Source: Chlorokybus atmophyticus
Taxonomy: Eukaryota > Plantae > Mesostigma and Chlorokybus algae
Direction: 5' to 3'
DNA: 64,000 nt
Assembly: GCA_009103225.1 (NCBI GenBank)
Contig: RHPI01000810.1
Coordinates: 1,281,962-1,345,961, forward strand
The position numbers and the translations under genes are program-made. Below the pieces are notes generated by a model. The model did no database searches, was not told the DNA's origin, and worked only from the letters and a program-made list of their open reading frames with translations. Positions 52,020 to 61,255 of this stretch are shown in pieces (position 1 is the first letter of the stretch; the number at the start of each line of letters is the position of its first letter).

Positions 52020-53841
52020 TCATGCATTCTCTTCGATGGCATTCATCTCGTCCAATGCGTGTTGTGTTGAGGACGGTGCATCCGTTTTGTTATGTTTCTC
52101 ATACTGCAGCTCCAGGAACGTGTAGTAATCTGGCCGATTGTCCGCCTCAAGGTAATGTCGATTGCCAACAGGCCACTGCTTCCACAGCTCGAGCCGATAG
52201 TAGTTGGCAATGTCAATCGGCTCCACCATGAGTCGAAAAGTGTTGCCTCTCGCACACCAGACATTGGACTTGCTAAAAAAGTCAGCAGGCAACATGCCAT
52301 CCATGTGCCATTTGTAAGCTGTACGCCAGAAGTCCCGTACAACCCTATCAAGTTGGTGGAAAGGTCATATCAGTACTGATGAAGCTTTCAGTTGCACTGA
52401 GCTTGAAACTGCGATGCATGTCGTCTGACCTGCGTGCGCGCTCAACCTTTTTCAAGCGCTGTTCTTGCGGGCTGTCATCATCACCACGATACGTTCTGAA
52501 CTCGGCGTAGGAGTCCGCAGAGGTCCTCACAAAGGCTTGTATCGTATCCATGGCGTCTTGTACATCATTGCGCCACTGGTTGGTAAACTCTGTTTCATTT
52601 CTGCGCTGCTCGGCGACACTCAACACGCCCACTCTCGGTGAGTCCGCAGCGCTGCAAAGGTGAACGCACTTGAACTACGCATGTCATGTGGTAGGTCAAC
52701 AGGTCCACACTGCACGTTAGATGCCAATCAGGCCGCAATGCAAACCTATGTGGCATGGGCATGGGCTGCACGAAGGCCGGAACACTTCCCAAGTGCTTGA
52801 CGAGGGTGTCGTACCCAACCCAGGGATCCTATTGCATAAAGATAGGAACAGAAGACCACGAGTTACTGATGCAGAGATTGTGACATACCATGAAATACCA
52901 TTCTGACTGGATGCATGCTGCAAGCTCTTTCTTGTTCATCAAGAAGTGGGCACAGCTTGGAGCGAACGCACCACACTCTTTGAACTTGCCTGCTGATCGC
53001 CAAGGGTAAAGTAGCTAAATTTCCGGATCTGCGCAGGTACATGCTTTCTTGCTCCCGGGGGCCGGAAGATGACTGGTACCAACCACCCGGAAAGGTTCTG
53101 CTCCTCATAAACCTTGTTCAATACATTCGTGTACTCGTCGTGCGTCCCGGCCCCCATTTGATCATCTGCGGTGGGCTGCTTCAATGAAAACCGCTCATAA
53201 TGCTCATCACAGGCCACGATCACCTGAAGCATCATAAGACGAGATGAAAGCCTAAGCATGCAATGCTGTAATGCAGATGTGCCTGCTTACTATAGGGAAT
53301 TGTTGAATGTGAAAAGCTGGGAGTGTTGATGACAGCAACCATGCGCAAGGTTTACTATTGGGAATGATATGACAACCGGTACCTTTGTGCCATCGTTCAA
53401 CATCTGCCCAATAAAAGCCGGCCAGGACTGGTATGTATTTTTGTAGTCCACAATGACTTCGATATTGTGTTGTTGCAGTTGCTCGGCAAGCCTCCGCACA
53501 CGCTCTGCGTGTTGGTTGTCAAACTGGCAGTAGCTGATAAACACTGTCAACTTGGGTGCCGCAGACAGTGCCCCTGTAGCCTCTCGTCCCTGTCCGCTAT
53601 GTGCACGGCACACGCAAAACAAAATAAGCAAGGTGCATTTGCCGCAACAATTTAATGCATGCTTGCTCAAAAACCTGCATTGAACTTACGCAATAGCAGC
53701 GTGATTGACAGCGGCTGATTTCTTAAGGTGTTGAGCACTACCATGGTTGAGATATGTGTGGTTCCAGTAGCCAGCGCCAGTGACAATGGATGCAGCCGCA
53801 GCCAGCACTGCAGGCAGCCTCAGAGATACCAGTCCGCCCAT
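52020..53841 (-). CDS. 419-aa protein: hydrophobic N-terminal anchor + SEFIR-type TIR domain + EDS1/PAD4/SAG101-type EP domain (exons 53841-53690, 53596-53383, 53223-52990, 52828-52716, 52651-52430, 52344-52020)
   Basis: Exons total 1260 nt with matching phases and no internal stop; four GT-AG introns and one GC-AG. SEFIR/TIR: PKLTVFISYCQFDNQHAERVRRLAEQLQQHNIEVIVDY...WPAFIGQML..VIVACDEHY..GAGTHDEY..LVPVIF..VP..GYDTLVKHLG..P. EP: SYAEFR...KKVERARRVVRDFWRTAYKWHMDGMLPADFFSKSNVWCARGNTFRLMVEPIDIANYYR...RHYLEADNRPDYY, compared with recalled PAD4 LAKFWDTVIKMVETNELPFDF...LAEPLDIANFYK...GHYLEGNRPKRY. The ATG could lie further upstream. Confidence 0.85.
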
Positions 53842-54820
53842 CTCAAGACGCTTCTGCTTCTCCTAGTAAGCCAAGAGCGGTGCAGGCCAACGCATGGGCA
53901 GCAGCGAGCTCAGCTCCTGTTCAAGTTCAGCATTGGCCATGTCCAAACCACCAAGTGCTGTACAACTGTACAGCTGTAGAAGACCAAACGAAAGGGGTGG
54001 GGGGGTGGGGGGGGGGGTCACCAAGTGCTGTCAGCTGAGATGATTACGACAAAATGCACTATACATCTCTTCATCAGTTCCGACAACTTGCACTACAGCA
54101 AATGCATTGAAGTACGAAGGCATTGCTGTTACTGCAGCCAGTAAGACCCCGATGCCATTGACAACGACTTCACCTACTTGAATACTACAGCATGCTTGCC
54201 CTAAGTTAGAAACGCTGCTGCACACAGGAGGTATACTACTGGCTGGCTGCAAGAAGCACATGTTCATAGAATGTTGGAAGATGTGCGTCTGTCTGTGCGC
54301 GCGCCAGAGTGTGTGCATGCATGCGTCTGTCTACGCACACAGACGCACAGGCGCTCATCAGCATGTGCGGGGTACCTACACTGCTGATGCACAGACTGTG
54401 AAGTTCGTTGAGTTAGAGAAGCTTTCTGGAGGACCGGTTAAGCAGCAAAAGGGGCAACACGAGGGGAAGTAGTCCGTGGGGACACACAACGAAGCGGCGA
54501 GCTCACAAAGCCGTTAGCAATGGCGAGGCATTGCAGCGCACCTGGGCAAGCAGGCCGAACCCTAAGCAGTGCTTGCAGGATTTGTCGCCATGTACATCAG
54601 GGACACTGCGCCGTTGGCGTTTGCTAACCAGCGCCTCCCAGCATGGCGCTGACGTACGAAGCTGGCGCCTGCTGCGCTTTCTCACCCACCCCTCCCGGAA
54701 AGTCCCTTCCAGCCGGGCGGCGGACACCGCCGACACCGCCGTCTCCGACCGCCTCGCACTCCGTGCCAAAGTACACAACACGAGACAACTTTGCTCTGAA
54801 CGTGCATCTCTACTGTGCTA

Positions 54821-55491
54821 CACTGTATAACAACACCATACAAGGTATTGATGGGGCGCGGAAAACAAGAGATGAGCCAGGGATCCTGGCCCGCACTCCT
54901 GGGGCGGCCCCAGGAGTCCTGGTGCATGCACAACATAAGATTCTCCTGTCATGATATAAGATAGGGTATCGGCCGACTGCTGACGTGACGGCTTGATTGA
55001 GACCATCCATTTGCAGCCTGATAACAGCCGTATCGGGCTGAGGACCTCTGCTCGGTGTGACCTAATGCGACCTTTTGACGTACGCAGCTGCTGATATCAG
55101 GGCAGGGCTGGGCAGGGCAGGGCTGGGCCTAATATCACGCCTGATCAGGCTAGACGCATGACATTGGCGGCACGTGATGCACCGCTGCCAATATCGGGGC
55201 GTCAGCGTACGACGCTGCTGATATCTTATAGGGCCTAGCCTGATATCAAGCACAATCAGGCTAGACGCCTGACATTGGCGGCACGTGATGCACCATTGCT
55301 AATATCGAGGCGTTTATAACTCTGGCACTGCGCCCTAACACGACCACGATCGTTCCCACATTGCATGCCACTCCGACGGACCCCTAAGCCAAAGTTATGA
55401 AGAAATAGACCAACACTAAGTAGACCACAATATCTCTCAACCTGAATCATATAATGACTTTAAAACTGCTGTACCGTGTTGCTGTACAGTG
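54821..55491. mobile_element. Non-autonomous CMC/EnSpm (CACTG-type) MITE, 671 bp
   Basis: Left end CACTGTATAACAACACCATACA; right end reverse-complements to CACTGTACAGCAACACGGTACA; 3-bp flanks CTA/CCA (TSD with one mismatch); internal direct repeat ATCAGGCTAGACGC(A/C)TGACATTGGCGGCACGTGATGCACC at about 55144 and 55255. Confidence 0.8.
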
Positions 55492-55599
55492 CCAGCCGGC
55501 ATTGGACGTCGATGAGGGCAGAGTCGTTTTTGCCCTCAGCAGTTTTAAATCGGTTGGGATCCTGCTTGGCTCTGCTGTCCGCTCCCCTCCCGCTCCTTA

Positions 55600-56175
55600 G
55601 ATGTGCGCTCGCTTCCCTCCTGCTACTCTGCTTGGAGTTCCAACGGGGGTAGCCTTCAGCAGCAGCAACTCCTTCATGCGGGGATGGATGGTGCAATTAA
55701 AGCTCAACTTGTGCTCGAGGCACTACCTCTCCCTCATGGGCCGTGCCTTAATCGCCAACCAATGCAATTTTGCTTGCCTCTCGTACATTACAGTGGCCCA
55801 GCCGTCCCAATCCGACCTTGCTTGTCTACGGCATGCATGTATTGTACTTTTGTGGACTTCCCCTGAATAAGGCGCCTCCGAAAAACCCCTCCACCCGAGG
55901 CAAGGTCAGTTAGCAAGTGGTATGTCTTCCGAAAGAAGATGGTGGCCTTTGCGTTCTGGAACTACAGACACAGGCTCTACTTGCCAAGTGGGCCTCCCGT
56001 CGTAGTAATCCCAATTGGAAGCAAATACACCGCCTTAAGGTTCTTGGTAAAGCGAGGTCTCTGCTGTGGCTTTTAACGCGTAAAGCTCTTCACACCGGCG
56101 ACAAGCTCTTGCACATCACACGGCGCCTGCAGCAGAATCCGTTCTCGGCACAAGCCAATTGTGCCGTCAGCGGCA
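55600..56175 (+). mobile_element. Fragment of an L1/Tx1-clade LINE ORF2 (post-RT region and zf-RVT-like part)
   Basis: TLLGVP...RHYLSLMGRALIAN; VCLPKEDGGLCVLELQTQALLAKW; NWKQIHRLKVLGKARSLLWLLTRKALHTGDKL, all typical L1 C-terminal motifs; frameshifted. Confidence 0.8.
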
Positions 56176-56189
56176 CCTACCTTCGACTT

Positions 56190-56625
56190 CTACGAGCAGT
56201 TCTTCTCCCAAGACGGCACAAGTCGCTTTGTGCCGGCAGAGGATCGTAAGTCACCATCTGTCAGCCGGCACAAGCTGGTTACTGCCGCTGACGGGGCAAA
56301 CTGCGTTGGGCCGACCTCGGCACAGCAGTACTTATTACATCTTCGGCACAGCAGCGCTTCTGCCGTCTTCGGCACAGCTGCGACCCCACCGTCTTCGGCA
56401 CAGCAGCGCTTATGCCGTTTTCGGCACAATAGCACTTCTGCCAACTTCGGCACAGCAGCGCTTCTGCCGTCTTCGGCACAGCTATGAAGTACCGTCTTCG
56501 GCACAGCAACGATCCTGCCGTTTTCGGCACAATAGCACTTCTGCCGACTTCGGCACAGCAGCGCTTCTGCTGTCTTCGGCACAGTAGCACTTCTGCCAAC
56601 TTCGGCACAGCAGCAACAGCAGACG
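56190..56625. repeat. Minisatellite of ~25-26-bp units (core CTTCGGCACAGCAGC.CTTCTGCCG)
   Basis: TTCGGCACA recurs about 15 times at short regular spacing with related intervening sequence. Confidence 0.85.
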
Positions 56626-57003
56626 TGCCGTTGACGGCACAGCTCGAGTGTGTCGACCTCGGTGGACCAGCAGTCATGCCGATAACGGCCCAGCCATCTC
56701 TATTCCACAATAAGCAGCACAATATAGCAGGCAAATCGCAAGCAGTTTTCCTGGCAAAGAAATCTTAACCTCATATGGAGTTTACAATATACCATGTACT
56801 CTTAACTAGTACTAGAATAGGCTCTAATTGTTTGCAAGAAGCTAACTGCCACCAGGAAGCTAAACTGCTGGTAGCAAGCTAAACTGCTAGCAAGAAGTTA
56901 GACTTTTAGCAGGAAGCTAGACTGGCGGCTGCAAAGAAGCTGCATGGAAGCTAGACTGGTTGCTGCAAGAAAGATGAGCGAAGGTCATCAGCTTGGTACC
57001 CAA

Positions 57004-59412
57004 TTATGGACCGGGTTGTCGCTTGGCTTGACTATTCCAGTGCCAGCCATAGCGTGCTTCTCCAGAGTCATCCTGTACCAGCCAGCGCTTGTTGACTGCA
57101 AATGTAATAAGCATGAGACCGATCTGCGAGTCAGTGAACTTTGCAAGCAGATGGTCCTCCTTCAGCAGCCTCCCAATCTGCGTCCCGTATGTCCCCCCCT
57201 CCAGGAAGTGTACACCTCCAGCAAGCTCTCGCGGTTGGGAACATTGGCGCACAAGGTATTGCAGCAGATGCCAGCCAAGTGCATGAGGTGGTCAGAGCAA
57301 CGATTGATCTGCAAGCAAGAATTGTTACAAGTGTGCATCATGCAAGCATGCTGCCCATGTTACAACCCACTGCAACGTTCTTACCCTCTGATTGATGTCA
57401 TGCTGGTCTTCTGGCTGCACGCGCTTGTCAACCACGAGCGTGCAAACGCATCTTGGGGTGACTTTTGCAATGCAGTCGCTTGAAGAGCAGTCTGAGCAAG
57501 GGCAGACTGCAGACGGGGCTACCAAGGATGCAGGCCAACCACAACTGCGTCCCTGCATCACTCAAGCAGCCGCATTAGTGCATGTCACGCATATAGTCTT
57601 CCTTACAGTTACGCTTGCAATCCGCTGTGCCGCAGCACACGATCTACTGCGCTCACCAAGATATTGCTGCACAAATCTCGTCCCCGGTCAGCTGGCCAGC
57701 ATACCCGTCCGTGTCACGTACTGGCATGTAGACGCGTTGATCACCGATACCCTTGGCGTTGTACCACTCCAGCACCTTCACTTTGTAGCTGCGCCAAGGA
57801 GTCTCTTGCTCAAGCACCTCCAGTACTTGACCGCGCTCAACAGCCACAACCCTACGGCTGCTGCTGCCGCTGGTGCTTGCAGCATCTCCTGTGGGTCTGC
57901 AGCACCAGCCGCATTTGAATTCCTTACGAGTGCGGGTGCAAAGCCTTGTGCAAGAGGATAAATGGCGTACGTAAAAGCCACCTAGTCCTCACGCAGCTGC
58001 ACTTGAGAAGGCGGCTCAGCAGACAACAAGGCAAGCAGCACAGCATTTTCGCTGGAGGGAAAGTCTGCAACGGTGAAATTTGGGCCAAGCCCGTAGTCTG
58101 TGCGCAAGCGGCGTGGAGCTGGCTCCTCTGCGTCAGCGCGCTTCTCAGCGCGTGCAGCGCGCATCTTCTCCTTGCGCTGCTCATGGGTCAAGCCGACCGT
58201 TTCGCCTGGCGTTAATGGATGGCCCCGTCTTGCATTATCCACAAACCAGCGGATTTGCTCACGAATCCATTCTGCAAACAAGAGGCAGTGAGCAGCCATT
58301 CTGCAGGAAGCACAAGACATCTGGCAGGTGGCAGCTGGCATATAGACGCACATGCACATAGGCAGACGCAGACTACTTACTTGCAGGCCAGCGCAGTGTC
58401 TGTCCGTCGATCTCCAGCGGAGTGTGATTCTGCATTACATCCGCCACCACCTCCTCCCTGATGTCGTAATCTGGGCCGGCCCGATTGACGCAATTGCCAA
58501 CATAGTGGTTTGGGAACTTGGCCCACAGCTTCTCCTTTAGAAGCTTGCGGTTGTCCTCCTGGATTCTCCACTGTGTCTCGTCCTTTCTCTTCAAATAAGC
58601 GTGCCCATTTTGCTCTACTCCCCTAGGCTTGTCAACGACAGGGGCAAAGCACTTTTCCTCCAGCTTTGCCTTTTTGACTGCCTCTGACTCCTCTTCGCAG
58701 TTAACTTCATCAACAGCTCCTGCGCACAAGGCCAACAGTCAGCGCATGGCACTTGCAAAAGAGAGCAACGCAAGCAGAGCTTCAGCCAAGCTGCAACTTC
58801 AGCTATGTTGCAGTTGCGGCTTGGCTAACACTGTTGTTTGCTTGGCTGAAGCTGCAGACCGAAGCGTACAACATACAGCAAAGCAAGTAGAGCTTCACCC
58901 AACCTACCACTTCAACTAAACTGCAGCTGCGGCTTAGCTGAGGCTCTGCTTGGCAGAAAGCCGATATGCAGCTTTTACTCAAGCTGCAGCTTCAGCCAAG
59001 CCGCAGGTTCAATCGAGTTGTAGCTTCAGCTTGACTGAAGCTGCAGATCAAAGCATACCAATGAGCAAGCAGAGCTTCAGCTGCAGGAGCAACTAAGATG
59101 CACCAGCAGCTTGGCAGCAGACTAGTTGAAAGCAAGCACACCTGTGTCCTCAGGTTGTGCTCCCGCCTCGTCCTGCTCCTCTTCATCTTCAGCTTGCAAC
59201 CTCGGCTCATCCCTGTTTAACTTCTGCACGTCTTCAAGGATCCGCGAAGCAATGCTCAGCCTAGGTGTGATCTGTGCAAGAATTTCTGCTGAGAAGCTAT
59301 AGTAAGCTTCTCCATCAATCTCTTCCTCCTTGAACTTCTCCGCTATTGCTTGTGCACTTAGAACCCCTCTTAACAATTTAGCTACCCGTTTGGAGATAAG
59401 CTCTACGCTCAT
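57004..59412 (-). CDS. Transposon-associated protein with an N-terminal SAM-like domain, multi-exon, 3' part uncertain
   Basis: ATG 59412: SKRVAKLLRGVLSAQAIAEKFKEEEIDGEAYYSFSAEILAQITPRLSIASRILEDVQKL matches the SAM pattern (F.EEEIDGEA). Phase-compatible splice 59142/58719 into GAVDEVNCEEE; further exon-like ORFs at 58373-58735, 57982-58359, 57653-57847. Confidence 0.55.
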
Positions 59413-59661
59413 CCTATACACTGACATTGTGCTTTAGAGCAGCACACAACCTTGCAGCTTGGTAGCAGCTAGAAACAGCTTCCAGCACCGCAACCTAGCA
59501 AGTAGGCCCGGAAACGCCAAGACGCAAAACAGTCAACCACCGATTACTGCCGCCACCACCTTCACTACCGCCACCTCCACCGCCGCCACCGCCGCCGCCG
59601 AAGCACCGCGGACAGCTGTGCTTCTTCGGAGGTTTACTGCGCAAAAGTCAGCTGCGCACAA

Positions 59662-59691
59662 GTTAGGGTTAGGGTTAGGGTTAAGGTTAGG
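59662..59691 (+). repeat. Interstitial telomere-like (TTAGGG)n array, about 5 units
   Basis: GTTAGGGTTAGGGTTAGGGTTAAGGTTAGG. Confidence 0.8.
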
Positions 59692-59824
59692 ACTCCTGAG
59701 TAACAAATAGCCACAGCAACATACATAAGACATACAACGGCTACTCCTATATGTGGCGGCGGCGTGCTTGGTGGCCTCGGTTTGTGAAGCGTTGAGCTGT
59801 TGCAGCGTATTGAGCATAGCAAGC

Positions 59825-60030
59825 ATGAAGGGCAAGGCAGAGGCTAGTGCATACTGGCAGTCTGGTGCAGAGCAGCCTTGGCGCTGCAAATATTGTCAAG
59901 TCTTGTTGCAGAGGTCCGTTGTCAGCAAGGTCAAGCAGCACATTGGCTCCCTCACCTGCACCAAGATTTGTGTGGGCCCTGAACACTTTGAGAAACTGCG
60001 AGGAGCAACGCCCAAGGAGAAGCTCCCTCC
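59825..60030 (+). CDS. Short BED-zinc-finger-like ORF start (possibly an interrupted transposase 5' end)
   Basis: MKGKAEASAYWQSGAEQPWRCKYCQVLLQRSVVSKVKQHIG fits the BED pattern W...C..C...H; the frame then runs into a GGACC/GGTCC-rich repeat tract. Confidence 0.45.
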
Positions 60031-60612
60031 ACAGGGCTTTTTACGCGCGGACCAGTCGTACGCAGCCCGTAGACCACGTCTGATACGTTGTAGCGTACCA
60101 GTGCCGCGACTGGTCCGGCATAATCGGACCACCGGTGGTCCGGCCCCCGAGCCCGCCGATATGGTCCGAATGACCGGACCAGGGCTGGTGGCGTGTCCCG
60201 CGGCTTGTAGACCGGTACAGCACTGGTCAGCACACGGCCTGAGCAGTAGGACCAAGGCTGGTCGCATGCCCTGCGGCCTATGAGCCAGGGCAGCACTCGT
60301 ACAGAACGCATGTACTGTACGGACCAATCATGTCCTCACAAGCGGGACCAAGCTGCACTGGTACGGTTGCAAGCGGCCCTCATAGACCATGCATGGTTCC
60401 GAAACCGAAACAGCACTCAACAACTCAACAGCTCTTTTGGATCATTGATATATTATAATAACCAACGGTGAAGAATGACGTCGGAAGCATACGACACATC
60501 TCACCTGGTCTGTTGCTCCCAAGGTCACGTGCGCCAATGCTAAACGAGTAGCAGGCACTGGGCATGCATGGTCCCCTGTCCATTTGCTAGGGTTTTGGGC
60601 TTGCGCTGCAGT

Positions 60613-60643
<31 letters not shown>

Positions 60644-60694
60644 GCGAAAACCTTTGGAACAGCTGGTTTCGTGGGTAATACGCATGCACCCAGT

Positions 60695-61222
60695 ATGGCG
60701 GACCGAAAAGCAGCTGATATTGCTGAAAGACTCCACCAGTCTATCGGACTCAAGCTACCTGCAGTCAACCTTGCAGCTTTGCGCAAGCGGAAGCAGCGTT
60801 CCAAGTTGGTTGTCAACGCAACGCAAGGTCTCCTACGTCAGAAGGACTTGGAGTTGAGTCAAAGAGAGCAAGCTCTTGCCCGCAGAGAAGCTGAGGTGTC
60901 CCAACTTTTGGCTGATAGCGGCCTCGCTGGTGACAACGCGTCCCCCATGGAGGTGGATGGGCAGGCAGACCCCTCACTCAGTAACATCCTTGCCCCCACT
61001 AGCTAGCTTTCAAGCCTCATTGCGACACAGCCAGCACAGATTTCTTCACAGCAGTTGTTAAGCGCCTAATATGACTCCTTGCAGGCCAGCTTCAGCAACT
61101 CAGCCTGCTGCTCACCCCCCTGCAACCGCTGGCCAGCCATCCACTTCGCATTCCCCTCTGTCACCGGCTGCTGAAGCTGGAGGTGGCTCATTCGCCGACG
61201 AGTCATCTGATCATGTGGAGAG

Positions 61223-61255
<33 letters not shown>

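Noticed and set aside
54031-54258. Exon-like hydrophobic ORF (VVVNGIGVLLAAVTAMPSYFNAF) as an extra 5' exon of the TIR-EP gene
   Set aside because: It has a good acceptor, but I could not choose a convincing donor and start, and no domain is recognisable; left unassigned.
56190-56625. CRISPR-like regularly spaced repeats
   Set aside because: The intervening sequences are related to each other rather than unique spacers, there are no cas genes, and the context is eukaryotic: a minisatellite.
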